Positions 1-9,686 of a stretch of DNA of 64,000 nt are shown here, in pieces. The DNA lies in IMG/VR virus record IMGVR_UViG_3300024265_000039, positions 1 to 64,000 of that record. One strand, 5' to 3'. A program made the translations under genes and the position numbers. Below the pieces are notes generated by a model. That model was not told the origin of the DNA and did no database searches. It worked only from the letters and a program-made list of their open reading frames with translations. Source of the DNA: a virus. The stretch's first letter is position 1. Each line of letters starts with the position of its first letter.

Positions 1-981
1 TTCCGATCTCAGGCAGGCTATACCATAACCCCCACCGGTAGGCTATCCCATAACCCCCCAAGCGGTGACGAAGAGGTAGGTTGTCCCATACCCCCCTCCA
101 TAGGTTATCCCATAACCCCCTCCCCGGCAGACTCTTTAAGTATATTAAAGATACCTATACAAAAAACACAAGATAAAACACATTTCCCTCCCCCCCCCGA
201 TGCGGGGGGTGACGGCACAACCATTAAAATCTCTCCAGCAACCAAAGGGGCAGCAACAAAAAAGCTCAATCAGGCGCGCAAATCCGCCCCCATCGACGAA
301 ACAGATTTACAGGTATGGCAACGGGTATTGGCTGACCAGGAGCGCGTGGTCGATCAATTGGTCTTGCACCACGCCAATGGAACTCCCAACCCCACAAAGC
401 TGGCACAGGAGCAGGCCGTGCTGCAAGTTTTGCAGGAACGCGATCCACGTAAAGCCTCCGGTGCGAAACGTAAGCGCCACCAACCGCCCACACCTGAGCA
501 AGACCCGCTTTACTACGCGCTGGCTCAGGTATACAAAATCCCCCCGGCAGCGACCGGTAAGTTGTGGGACTTACGCCACCTTTTTGCTGGCACGTCAATC
601 AAGGGCGAATGGGGCCGTTGTCGGCTCGATCCGGGGGCAACGGCTGATGAGGTGCGTGGTTGGGTGCGTTGGCGGCAGAGGAAATCATATGGTGAATTCC
701 GGTTACCTCAGATTCCTGCCGACATCCAAAAATCATTTTGCCGCTTTCGGGCAGACAAAGGTGGGTGGCAGGCTGGAATGCGCCGGGTCGGGGCTACGCC
801 ACCAGAACCGGTGAAATCAGTTCCGCCTCCGCCCGCCCATGAGATCATGCCGGGGATTTATACCATGCCCGTACTATCGCGCAAGCTGTGGCTGGACAGC
901 CGGGGATACGAATATGACCCAGAAACAATCATTCCGATAGGTGATCCCAGCCCTGAGCGATACGTAGGGGGGCAGTCGTGA
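1..981 (+). CDS. Phage replication initiator protein (5'-truncated by the window)
   Basis: Frame 1 is open from base 1 into ORF 328..981. It contains an iteron cluster and an AT-rich tract and lies upstream of PolX and the primase-helicase (lambda O-like layout). Confidence 0.65.
   Translation, partial: FRSQAGYTITPTGRLSHNPPSGDEEVGCPIPPSIGYPITPSPADSLSILKIPIQKTQDKTHFPPPPDAGGDGTTIKISPATKGAATKKLNQARKSAPIDETDLQVWQRVLADQERVVDQLVLHHANGTPNPTKLAQEQAVLQVLQERDPRKASGAKRKRHQPPTPEQDPLYYALAQVYKIPPAATGKLWDLRHLFAGTSIKGEWGRCRLDPGATADEVRGWVRWRQRKSYGEFRLPQIPADIQKSFCRFRADKGGWQAGMRRVGATPPEPVKSVPPPPAHEIMPGIYTMPVLSRKLWLDSRGYEYDPETIIPIGDPSPERYVGGQS
15..180. repeat. Putative replication origin: four ~20-bp iterons plus an A/T-rich tract
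   Basis: Consensus TAGGYTATCCCATAACCCCC at 15-33, 39-59, 77-96 and 101-120, followed by A/T-rich 131-180. Confidence 0.75.
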
Positions 982-1865
982 AATTACCCAGAGCGCAAGC
1001 AACTGCCAAACAGTTTATTGAACTCATATCCCCACACTGCGAATGGGTAGCGGTCGGGGGCAGTGTCCGCCGACAGCGCAACGAAGTAAAAGATATTGAG
1101 ATTATCGCTACCCCCACACCCGCACTCCTGCCATTTCTCGATCAGTTGGTGCAGGCAGGGAAATTGAAAAAGGCTGATTACGGTGGCCGGACACGCTGGG
1201 GACAGAAATATCGGGGAATGGTTTTTATGGAAGCGAAATGCGAATTATTTTTATGCGACCGCCTAAATCGTGGTTGGATTTATTATCTGCGAACTGGCCC
1301 GGCTAATTTGAACAAGATGCTGATGCTGAAGCTGGCACGACAAGCGCCGTTCCGGTTTAGCGGAGGGTATGGCTGGTATCAAGATCGGAAACTGGTGATC
1401 GCTACCGAAGAAAGTTTTTTCGACCTGTTGGGAATCGCCTACGTACCACCACACGAACGCACATTGAAGCGCTACAAAGAGCTTTTCGGTGCAGTCGATC
1501 ATGCCTGGGGGAATCCTCAGCAGTACATATCCCGCCAGAAGCAGGCAACCCAGAGCCAATCACAGGGAACGCTGTGGTGTCTGGAACGGATGCAGGAACT
1601 GGAAGAAGCACATGTAAAAAATATCACCAAGTCTAAAAAAACAACAGCCCTGATTCAATGGGGAAGCGAGTGGCTGGCTGACAACGATCTTGTCTACACC
1701 TATGACGGGTATGGACAGTGGGTCGCTCGTGACCAGGATCATCCAGCCACCCGGTACTGGCAACAGCATTATACCGATTATCCCGACGAGTTTAAAAATG
1801 CAACCGGGAGACTCAGAACCCATTTAAAAGCCGAACAAATTAGGGGAACAGATCATGTTACATGA
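978..1865 (+). CDS. X-family DNA polymerase (PolX, minimal catalytic plus thumb)
   Basis: GGSVRRQRNEVKDIEI nucleotidyltransferase motif, YYLRTGP, and EESFFDLLGIAYVPPHER thumb motif. Confidence 0.85.
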   Translation: MKLPRAQATAKQFIELISPHCEWVAVGGSVRRQRNEVKDIEIIATPTPALLPFLDQLVQAGKLKKADYGGRTRWGQKYRGMVFMEAKCELFLCDRLNRGWIYYLRTGPANLNKMLMLKLARQAPFRFSGGYGWYQDRKLVIATEESFFDLLGIAYVPPHERTLKRYKELFGAVDHAWGNPQQYISRQKQATQSQSQGTLWCLERMQELEEAHVKNITKSKKTTALIQWGSEWLADNDLVYTYDGYGQWVARDQDHPATRYWQQHYTDYPDEFKNATGRLRTHLKAEQIRGTDHVT

Positions 1866-3945
1866 AATATTGAAAGAACGCGGTATCGACCGGGCAGCCC
1901 ATGCCGCCCATTGGGAGATAGTTCCCGGCGGTTGGGAATATCCCGTTTACGATTGTCGTGAAGCGGATGAAATTGTGGTCCATCGCTTCAAGGCCCACAA
2001 CCATGGCAAGGGCGCAAAATACCAATGGCGACCGGAAAAGCCTGAATTGGGCTATACGCTGTACTACATGCTCCCAGGAACATTGGAGGCCATCGCCAGC
2101 GCAGGGGGGCTAGCATTTTTGGCTTCCGGCGAGCCGGATGTGCTCGCCTATCGTGCCGCCGGGTATGCCAATGTCCTGTGCTGGTTCGATGGCGAAAAAT
2201 CCGTCCCGGAATCTCTGCCCGACGATTTGCATGATTTCGGGGTGACCCGGTTGATTTATTTCCCTGACAACGATCAAACTGGCCGGGAAGCTACAACCAA
2301 AATTGCCGCGATCCTTGATGAAAGCGGGATTGAATTTGCGCCATACGACATCGGCGGTGATGAGAAGAATGACATCAATGCTGTCTGGATGGAATGCGAG
2401 TTTGACCAGGAGCGGTTCACTGAACAGCTAAAATCCTGCCCCCGCCTAGCTTTCCAAACACCAGCAGAGCCTACCCCGGCGCAGCAACCACTGCGGAAAT
2501 CTCCCCCCAGGAAATCATCTGAACAACCAAATACGTCAGGCATGTCGCCTAAGCAACAGGCCTGGGAAAATTATCTGGAAGAAGTCAAACAACATGTCCC
2601 CCAAGGCGACAGGAAAGGACGGTTCAATTGCCTCAATCCGTCTCACGATGACAGGAACCCAAGTGCTAGAGTTTCCTATGAGAAAAGCAATGAGGGGATT
2701 TATATCTGCCATTGTGGTAACAACTCCAGTTGGGGTTGGCCCGATGTCGGTAGCTGGCTGGGATTGCATTGGGAAAGCTATCGGGATGATTATGTTAAAG
2801 AGGTTGACAGGGAGGGAGTTGAAGATCGTCGTCAACAACAGTTGCGCGACTGGGCCGAGCGTCCATTGGAGACAGCCCCCCATATCGCCGAAGCACTCTC
2901 ATTCTCCGGGTATGGGGTAAAATGGGATGATATTCCTATCGAACGGCTTCTGTTTTCCTCTGACGACGCCGCCGCGCTTTACGCTATGAGGAAACGTGGC
3001 GCATATAAATCTTCAGAGTCCCCCGTTCCATTCCCGTTCTCAGCCTTCCACCATCTGGGGGGGGTGTTCGAGGTCGGATCAGTGGGAGATTCCTACGGGT
3101 TTCTGGGGTTATCGGGGATGGGTAAAACCTCATTCCTGGAAGCTATCATAGATACCGCCCGGCAATACGGATTCAACTGCCTGCTATTGTCACCAGAAAT
3201 CCCCTGGTGGAAATTGGCCGACCGGCAAGTACAACGGTGGGGGGGGGCAACGGTCACCCAGTCATTATTGGACGATCTGGCTTTCCAGGAAGAGCGACAG
3301 CCATTGAATGGGGGGCGACACTTTGGCCGTCACCTAACCGAAGATCAACTTGACCAGGGCCTACGGCAGTTGGACTGGGCCGGGCGATGGCCGGGGAAAC
3401 TGTGGGCATTGGATTACTTTGGGGCTGATGCCATCCAATTCCTGGCGGCAACCTACAAAGCCATCCACTTTCTACGCACTGTGATGCAGCAGCGCATCCA
3501 GTATCTGGTGATTGATTATCTACAATTATTGACACCCCCTCCAAGCTGGCGAGGGAAGATGACGCTCGAAGATATTATGCTCCGCATCCGGGCACTGGCG
3601 CACAACATGGGCTGTATACCCATTGCCACTTCGCAAGTACGGAAAACCGATGCTTCTATAGCGATGACAGGAAAATCCATCGGTCAGGACGCCGGGATGA
3701 ATTTGCGCCCTTTCCAGTTCAAGGGGTTCGGCACCATGCGTCCAGGGTTGGAAGTTATGCCAAATGGAAAAAAAGGCAAGGCAGATTATGTGGTGTTCAA
3801 CATCACCAAAAACAGCGAAGGCCGGACATCTAAATCTATCGAAGTGCAAGTTGACTGGCCCAAGATGCTGTTTGTGGATCATGTGCGCGGGGGACAGCGT
3901 GCCAACATTGAGTCTGTTCCGTCGTTACCGGAAGATGATGATTAG
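1855..3945 (+). CDS. Primase-helicase fusion (TOPRIM, Zn finger, DnaB-like SF4 helicase)
   Basis: SGEPDVLA and FPDNDQTG (TOPRIM); CLNPSHDDRNPS..CHCG (CHC2-like); GLSGMGKTS, LVIDYLQLL and TSQVRK (helicase). Confidence 0.85.
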   Translation: MLHEILKERGIDRAAHAAHWEIVPGGWEYPVYDCREADEIVVHRFKAHNHGKGAKYQWRPEKPELGYTLYYMLPGTLEAIASAGGLAFLASGEPDVLAYRAAGYANVLCWFDGEKSVPESLPDDLHDFGVTRLIYFPDNDQTGREATTKIAAILDESGIEFAPYDIGGDEKNDINAVWMECEFDQERFTEQLKSCPRLAFQTPAEPTPAQQPLRKSPPRKSSEQPNTSGMSPKQQAWENYLEEVKQHVPQGDRKGRFNCLNPSHDDRNPSARVSYEKSNEGIYICHCGNNSSWGWPDVGSWLGLHWESYRDDYVKEVDREGVEDRRQQQLRDWAERPLETAPHIAEALSFSGYGVKWDDIPIERLLFSSDDAAALYAMRKRGAYKSSESPVPFPFSAFHHLGGVFEVGSVGDSYGFLGLSGMGKTSFLEAIIDTARQYGFNCLLLSPEIPWWKLADRQVQRWGGATVTQSLLDDLAFQEERQPLNGGRHFGRHLTEDQLDQGLRQLDWAGRWPGKLWALDYFGADAIQFLAATYKAIHFLRTVMQQRIQYLVIDYLQLLTPPPSWRGKMTLEDIMLRIRALAHNMGCIPIATSQVRKTDASIAMTGKSIGQDAGMNLRPFQFKGFGTMRPGLEVMPNGKKGKADYVVFNITKNSEGRTSKSIEVQVDWPKMLFVDHVRGGQRANIESVPSLPEDDD

Positions 3946-3953
3946 GGGGATAT

Positions 3954-4772
3954 ATGCTGAGTCAACGCTATATTGATCTATGTGAAGAACACGAACTTTA
4001 CGAACGTCGTGATACCCCCTTAGTATTTACAGCATTCAGTGGTGGGGCAGACAGCACCGCTCTGGCGGTAGCATTCCCCAATTCGATTCCGGTTTTCACT
4101 GATACCGGATGGGAATTTCCAGAATTATATGAGCAGATTGAAAAGTTTGAGCGGATTACTGGCAGGCGCATTATCAAAATTACACCAAGCGAGTCTTTGC
4201 CGGATTACATTCACCGGACAAAATATCTTCCTGGATTTGGCAGCCGATTTTGCACACGCATATACAAAATCGAAGCTCTAAACAAACGGTTGGGTCGCTT
4301 TGCAAAATACTACAAAGTTATTCTGTGCGTTGGGTTAAGGGCCGACGAGCCACCAGCCCAAAGGGTGGGCAATTTAACAAATATGCCCAATTTGTCCATA
4401 CGCTATCCTTTGCGTGAGGCTGGGATTGACAAGGCCGGGGTGGATCGCATTTGCGAAAAACATAGATTGATGCCTCAATACCCTGTTTATATGTTGCGAG
4501 GGGGATGTATGGGATGCTACCAAAAACGCAAAAGCGAGGTCAAAGCAATGGCGGTACTATGTCCAGAAATCCTTGACAAACTACAAGCATTAGAAGAAGC
4601 CATACAGGATGAACGCGGCAAATTTGCGGTGATGTTTTCGGGCATAAAATTTGCAGGTAAACAAATGAGTATTCGTGAGATTCGAAGGCAACCAACTTTA
4701 TTCGATCTCAAGCCCTATTACACCGACGCCGCTACAATGAATTCGCCATGCGGGATTTTTTGCAATCGATAG
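3954..4772 (+). CDS. Phosphoadenosine phosphosulfate reductase (PP-loop) family protein
   Basis: FSGGADST, DTGWEFPE, RFCT, GLRADE, YPL and GCMGC motifs. Confidence 0.85.
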   Translation: MLSQRYIDLCEEHELYERRDTPLVFTAFSGGADSTALAVAFPNSIPVFTDTGWEFPELYEQIEKFERITGRRIIKITPSESLPDYIHRTKYLPGFGSRFCTRIYKIEALNKRLGRFAKYYKVILCVGLRADEPPAQRVGNLTNMPNLSIRYPLREAGIDKAGVDRICEKHRLMPQYPVYMLRGGCMGCYQKRKSEVKAMAVLCPEILDKLQALEEAIQDERGKFAVMFSGIKFAGKQMSIREIRRQPTLFDLKPYYTDAATMNSPCGIFCNR

Positions 4773-4796
4773 TTTGGCTTAAAATCAGGAGAGCAT

Positions 4797-5723
4797 ATGC
4801 TACGAGAAAAAGTAGAGAATCTGAAGGTAATAGGGGATGCCCTGGTATCCCTGACCACGCCCTATGCGGTTGATCTGATCGATGTGTACGGTGACGGCGT
4901 GAAATGGTATGTGTTCCGACATAATGGTCACGTCCTCTATCTGTCCGATTCCCCGGAAAATTTATTGGCTTTCGCCGAACGCCGTGACTGGCGACGGGCA
5001 TATAACCATCCACCCGTTCCTGTGTTCGGATATTGGGGGCTGAAGTGGAGTGGGGCGGGGGGGAGTTCGCTCTGGGATACTCCTCTGGGCTACGGTATTC
5101 GTACTGCCAATCCTCATTGGTTCTGGTTAACATCGCCCAATACCGGCGGTTTGCGGACGCAGATCATTGTCCCCCGACAACGTTTGTCACGCCCGATCCA
5201 CAATCAGATGCGAGTCCGTGAGGTTGAACATTTCCGGCAACGCGGGGATTGGGCCGAATGGTACTCCAAATATCAGGTGGGCGGAATCTACCACATTTAC
5301 TCCCATAAGAAGCCACAAGTAGCCCATGCGGTTACCGTGCAGATCACCAAGATTGCTACCTGTCGAGTGCGAGATTTACTGTGTGGTCAATATTGGAGGG
5401 AAGGCTATCTGACCAAACATCAATTCACCAGTGCCTGGTCAGACCCTCGGCTAAAATGGATAAACGGAAGCTGTAAGGATGGGAAGCAAGTATGGGTACT
5501 GACCTGTCACCGAGTTTACACTGGGCGTCCACCTCACCAAAAGGGGAAAACTCGCACTTATTATCAACCTCCCGTAGGGCAACTGGCATTCCCCGGAGAT
5601 GGCTGGGAGCAGTCTCCCCCCGGCTTATACAAGCCCGTACTGGCTCAAAAGGCATATTCTCACCGTTCCTTGGTTAAAAGACCGCAAAACGCTGCCCAGG
5701 TAGCGCAGGCAGCGTTTCTATAG
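4797..5723 (+). CDS. Hypothetical protein with a C-terminal ASCH-like domain
   Basis: YQVGGIYHI..VQITKIATCRVRDL..REGY..F...W..VWVL pattern; GGAG RBS. Confidence 0.55.
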   Translation: MLREKVENLKVIGDALVSLTTPYAVDLIDVYGDGVKWYVFRHNGHVLYLSDSPENLLAFAERRDWRRAYNHPPVPVFGYWGLKWSGAGGSSLWDTPLGYGIRTANPHWFWLTSPNTGGLRTQIIVPRQRLSRPIHNQMRVREVEHFRQRGDWAEWYSKYQVGGIYHIYSHKKPQVAHAVTVQITKIATCRVRDLLCGQYWREGYLTKHQFTSAWSDPRLKWINGSCKDGKQVWVLTCHRVYTGRPPHQKGKTRTYYQPPVGQLAFPGDGWEQSPPGLYKPVLAQKAYSHRSLVKRPQNAAQVAQAAFL

Positions 5724-5749
5724 AAGGATCAGGTGGCATAGCTGGCTAA

Positions 5750-5959
5750 TTAGCTGATATATGCGGCTATTTGCTTTGACCCTAGCCAGACCCCAGTGTC
5801 ATCGATTCGATAGGCAGATAGATGTGGATAGTTGGGGTTCCAATTCCAATGGGAATGCATTTCTTCTAGTTTTTCTTTCAAATTACCTAATGTAGTCTCA
5901 ACTGGCGGCCAAGCACCAATTTGTACGCGAACTTGTGTATCATCGTCCAGCATTGCCAT
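5750..5959 (-). CDS. Hypothetical protein
   Basis: GGAAGG upstream of ATG; part of a leftward operon. Confidence 0.5.
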   Translation of the reverse strand: MAMLDDDTQVRVQIGAWPPVETTLGNLKEKLEEMHSHWNWNPNYPHLSAYRIDDTGVWLGSKQIAAYIS

Positions 5960-6225
5960 ACCCTGCCTTCCTTGTTGTTGTTGGGTGAGGGAAATATGTC
6001 TAGAATCTTAGCAACTGTGACCTCAGAGTTGCATCGTAATCCTGGATAAGTAGCATTTAAAATCAGGAAAGTCTTATCCCTTACCCAGGTTAATTCTACC
6101 CAGGGGCCATCCTTCATGATTTCAACATACTCCTCATATTCCCCGTGTGAGATTTTGCGTATACATATGCGTTCGACGCTATCGCGCAACAAAAAAACCA
6201 GTTCTTCGTTGTTCATCCTATTCAT
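5887..6225 (-). CDS. Hypothetical protein
   Basis: GGGAG upstream; operon context. Confidence 0.5.
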   Translation of the reverse strand: MNRMNNEELVFLLRDSVERICIRKISHGEYEEYVEIMKDGPWVELTWVRDKTFLILNATYPGLRCNSEVTVAKILDIFPSPNNNKEGRVWQCWTMIHKFAYKLVLGRQLRLH

Positions 6226-6283
6226 CTCCCTATTGCTAAACGTTCGATCAGCAAACGATCATCCAGAGGGCGAATATTGATAG

Positions 6284-6565
6284 TCATGCCTGTTCTCCCT
6301 GTTCTGTTTGGTTCTCATCATCCTCGTCGGGGGTTGGCAATAATCCGCAATCAATCAACAATTGATCTAGTCGATTGACGGCCCCGATCATTTGTAGAAT
6401 GGCTCTATCGTAACGCTCCAATGCAATGTCCCAATCCGATTTTTCGGGATGTTCGGCCTCTCTCGTGCGTCTGCTTGGTGTCCAAATTCGCTCATTCATC
6501 CTCACATCCTTTCTTGTCGCATCATCCCCGTCGCTGGGGCTAGCTGGCTTGCTCGTATCGCTCAA
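6284..6565 (-). CDS. Hypothetical protein (likely start MNERIW at ~6499)
   Basis: Acidic helical ORF in the leftward operon. Confidence 0.45.
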   Translation of the reverse strand: MSDTSKPASPSDGDDATRKDVRMNERIWTPSRRTREAEHPEKSDWDIALERYDRAILQMIGAVNRLDQLLIDCGLLPTPDEDDENQTEQGEQA

Positions 6566-6708
6566 CCCACAACTTCAGCAGATATTCATGCAATCCACGA
6601 TGATGCGCGGGGAGGTTGTCTGCTTTCAGAATCTCGGCTAACTTTATGATCCTGGTTAAACATCCTTGTTGGTAAGTCATGCCTGTTCTCCTTTCTATGT
6701 GCCGCCGG

Positions 6709-7035
6709 TTAGCTGTTGGCTTCGTCTAAGCTCCACAAAAGCCACCCCAGGTCATTCGCAAACCGAGCTATCCCCTCGCCGTCATTATGCTCCTCAGCAA
6801 ATGCAAGATTTTCACGAGCCTCTTCAATTTGCTCTTCGAGGGAGACGCTGTTCAATTGGGCGAAATGGGCATCCAACTGGACGCATCGTTGCTTATAGGT
6901 CATGCTGTTGACGCTGTTCAATTGGGCGAAATGGGCATCCAACTGGGCGCATCGTTGCTTATAGGTCATGCTGTTGACGCTGTTCAATTGGGCGAAATGG
7001 GCATCCAACTGGGCGCATCGTTGCTTATAGGTCAT
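6709..7035 (-). CDS. Small protein with three 22-aa N-terminal tandem repeats
   Basis: MTYKQRCAQLDAHFAQLNSVNS x3; GGAG RBS and a sigma70-like promoter upstream. Confidence 0.65.
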   Translation of the reverse strand: MTYKQRCAQLDAHFAQLNSVNSMTYKQRCAQLDAHFAQLNSVNSMTYKQRCVQLDAHFAQLNSVSLEEQIEEARENLAFAEEHNDGEGIARFANDLGWLLWSLDEANS

Positions 7036-7040
7036 GCTGT
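6844..7040. repeat. 66-bp tandem repeat, 3 copies
   Basis: Near-identical units GACGCTGTTCAATTGGGCG...GCTTATAGGTCATGCTGTT. Confidence 0.95.
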
Positions 7041-7073
7041 TTTTGCTCCATAGTATAACCTTCGTCTAATTAC

Positions 7074-7102
7074 AGTATAACACACTTTTTAAAGAGAGAC
7101 AA
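7074..7102 (-). promoter_or_regulatory. Sigma70-type promoter TTGTCT-N17-TATACT with extended -10
   Basis: Exact 17-nt spacer; shares TGTGTTATACTGTAA with the promoter at 43156-43184. Confidence 0.65.
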
Positions 7103-7139
7103 GTGAAATCTCCTAAATAATGCTTAATATTGAAAGCGA

Positions 7140-8171
7140 TCAAATGCTCCATCCCGGTTGTCGCTCCTGCCAGTCCACTTCCATACCCACGTAGGCTTCG
7201 GTCACTTGCAGCGATGAGTGTCCCAGATTTTCCCGCAGGGCCTCCCAGGGCATCCCGGTATCCCTGCACAGCTTGGCGTAGGTGCGCCGTAGATCATGTG
7301 CAGCCAGTTTCACCGGTTGCCCGTCGTGCTGGGCGGCATACGCGCCGATCAATCGTTGTGCGCCCCTGGCCGACAAGGGCGTGTCAACATGAGAATAACG
7401 TTTTGAGCGTGGGTTCCACATCGCTCGGTAGAATACCGCATGATCCGGGGATAGTTGTGGTTCCAGGCCGACCTGGTCAATATATGCCTGAGCGTAGGCC
7501 AGCGCCCAGCTATCCCACTTGTTCAGCACGACCACCCGACTTTTGCCATGCTTCCCCCGGCGGACATAGACTCCGCGCTGTCCCTTATCGTTCCAGGTCT
7601 GAAATAGGTCTCGCGCTGTGAGGGATACCGCCTCGGTCACTCTCAGCCCGGTTGCGGCCATGACTGCGACGAGCGCCCGGTCACGCAACCCCTTGATGTG
7701 ATTGGTCGGTATCCCCTCGATATACTGACGTAATTCTGCCAGGGTCAATCTGAGACCATAATCCCGCTCGATCCGATCTTGCTGGATTATGGCTTTGGCG
7801 TCTTTGGCTTTAGCCCAGTCGCGCAAGACCGTTTTCATCTGGAAGTCGGGCACGTCATCGGCGATGGCATGGAGCAGTTGGCGTACCGACGCCAATTTGA
7901 CGTTTATCGTGCGGAGGGCGTATCTCTTACCAGTTGAAGCCAGTACCCGCCCGGCCAACATGTCGTCGCGCCATGCTTCGATTGTCGTCTTGGTAGGGTA
8001 GGGCGATTCTGTGTCCACCATGTAAGCCATGAAGTCCTGGATGCCCCGACCATAGTTTTTGGCCCGGCTGCTGCGCTGTGACGGCGGCAAAGAATCTTCC
8101 GCTAGAAGCGCGTGATGGTGGGAGATCAGAGCATCAAGCTGATTGGATGGGAAGGGGACGATCTGGGACAT
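7140..8171 (-). CDS. Tyrosine recombinase/integrase (XerC/D-like)
   Basis: RDRALV..TGLRVTE, GKHGKSR, HDLRRTYA and LGHSSLQVTEAY catalytic motifs. Confidence 0.95.
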   Translation of the reverse strand: MSQIVPFPSNQLDALISHHHALLAEDSLPPSQRSSRAKNYGRGIQDFMAYMVDTESPYPTKTTIEAWRDDMLAGRVLASTGKRYALRTINVKLASVRQLLHAIADDVPDFQMKTVLRDWAKAKDAKAIIQQDRIERDYGLRLTLAELRQYIEGIPTNHIKGLRDRALVAVMAATGLRVTEAVSLTARDLFQTWNDKGQRGVYVRRGKHGKSRVVVLNKWDSWALAYAQAYIDQVGLEPQLSPDHAVFYRAMWNPRSKRYSHVDTPLSARGAQRLIGAYAAQHDGQPVKLAAHDLRRTYAKLCRDTGMPWEALRENLGHSSLQVTEAYVGMEVDWQERQPGWSI

Positions 8172-8539
8172 CAGGCGCGTACCGCCGATACGAGCATTAA
8201 CAGGTGGTCAATTGAGCAAACCTCAAATCCATAACGTTGTTCTGCTGAACATATTAAGAGTTGCCAATGGAAATCTCCGCGCCGGATTTCGAACCAGCCC
8301 CAGATTGGAAAGCCCAGGTCGATAATCCCACCATAGGGGGGCTTCGTTTTATTAAACATAAAGTGTGAGCGACGACCAGCTTCATCCATCAAGCTGGTTA
8401 TTTTGTCTGAAGCAGCCCACCAGGGCACAAATACGGTGAGCGATAGGGTTTCAAACGATTTATCCTCGTAGTGTACCCCAAAGGTTTCATACTCTGGCAG
8501 GAAACAAATTCGCATTTCCGGCTTGAATGCATAAATCAT
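8171..8539 (-). CDS. Hypothetical protein
   Basis: Start and stop overlap the neighbouring genes. Confidence 0.55.
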   Translation of the reverse strand: MIYAFKPEMRICFLPEYETFGVHYEDKSFETLSLTVFVPWWAASDKITSLMDEAGRRSHFMFNKTKPPYGGIIDLGFPIWGWFEIRRGDFHWQLLICSAEQRYGFEVCSIDHLLMLVSAVRA

Positions 8540-8805
8540 AACTGAGACAGACTCCTAGATTGCATTGCTTGAAACCGGGCATATGTCTCATCATCGATTT
8601 TCCCCAAACATATCATCAATGCATTGAACCCCATCGCGCCCCCACTAAACTCGTGCCCAGTAGCGATATTAACGTTGCTCAATTTACCATCACTGTCGAT
8701 CCGAAGAGCACGCCCTAGGACTTTGATTGTCTCACCCTGAGCCAGAGCTACCAGGGCAGTACGGGCGCGTTCAACCTCCATTTTTTCATTCATCGTTGTA
8801 CTCAT
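8536..8805 (-). CDS. Hypothetical protein
   Basis: GGAGGAG RBS; coupled to neighbours. Confidence 0.6.
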   Translation of the reverse strand: MSTTMNEKMEVERARTALVALAQGETIKVLGRALRIDSDGKLSNVNIATGHEFSGGAMGFNALMICLGKIDDETYARFQAMQSRSLSQL

Positions 8806-9363
8806 TCAGTAACTCCTCCAGATGTTTAATTTCTGCCTCGCACTCGTCAGTGATCTGTTGCAGCCACTCCAAATGGCAAGCGTTCGCTTGCTTAATCCCG
8901 TTATCCCGTTTTTCCCCCGGATCAGTATCATTCTCGCCAGCATTGTCCTGGGATACCTGTACAACTCCATTGCCATCTCATCTCCATCCCCTAACACAAA
9001 TCGAATTGGGGCAGGGAGCTTCACCCAAAAATTGTGAGCATCGGGGTCAAGTAGCCCTTCGCGTATGTCCAGGTGTCCATCACCTTCACATACCACGCAC
9101 CAATCATCACCGGTGGGGCAGGGCACATCGCTGACCGATCTGAGCCGACCGCCTTCAAACAGCCCCAACTTTTCGAGATTTAAAAAGATGGATTTCATCA
9201 ATGGCCGGTTGTATCTCACGGCCCATGCAGCCGCCCGGCAATCGATCTCAATATCATCACTATCAAATACACGGTCTAGGTCCATGAGCCAGCCTTCGGA
9301 TATTCCCGTGATACTCACGGTTCTTTTGTATGGGTTCATTTTCAATTTCTCCCTGTCCATCAA
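8806..9363 (-). CDS. Hypothetical protein with a CxxCxG motif
   Basis: Coupled ORF; CVVCEGDG. Confidence 0.5.
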   Translation of the reverse strand: MMDREKLKMNPYKRTVSITGISEGWLMDLDRVFDSDDIEIDCRAAAWAVRYNRPLMKSIFLNLEKLGLFEGGRLRSVSDVPCPTGDDWCVVCEGDGHLDIREGLLDPDAHNFWVKLPAPIRFVLGDGDEMAMELYRYPRTMLARMILIRGKNGITGLSKRTLAIWSGCNRSLTSARQKLNIWRSY

Positions 9364-9686
9364 TTATCGGGGTGACGCTTCTTTCGCTTTTTGCTGCAAT
9401 CGAGGCAAATCCTCAGGTCGCGATTAGCCTCAAGACCATGTTCGCCTTTTTGAAGCGTGACTATTTCTACATACTTCCCGGTCAACCTGCAACCGCACAG
9501 TTCGCAATGCCAGTTCATAACGTTCCAATCCCTGGCGATCTGCAATCCCAGGCGTGGTTTCTCATCCTGTGCCTTCTCCTCGTTCTCATCAGCATTGAGA
9601 TAAACAACAGGCTTCCCAAATATTGTTTTTTGTTTTTTAGCCATCCTCTCGGCCATCCTTTTGGTCGTGTTGGTCTTCCTCAGCAA
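9360..9686 (-). CDS. Small zinc-ribbon protein
   Basis: CELCG...CLDC. Confidence 0.55.
   Translation of the reverse strand: MLRKTNTTKRMAERMAKKQKTIFGKPVVYLNADENEEKAQDEKPRLGLQIARDWNVMNWHCELCGCRLTGKYVEIVTLQKGEHGLEANRDLRICLDCSKKRKKRHPDN

Noticed and set aside
6844-7040. CRISPR mini-array
   Set aside because: The units are contiguous with no unique spacers and preserve a reading frame.
7040-7140. attP/att core beside the recombinase
   Set aside because: AT-rich, but no repeat or tRNA-end match is visible; phage genes continue on both sides.
8790-8920. Alternative frame for the end of ORF 8806..9363 (..HLEWLQQITDECEAEIKHLEELL)
   Set aside because: It looks protein-like, but there is no in-frame canonical slippery heptamer and the annotated end abuts the next start; undecidable.
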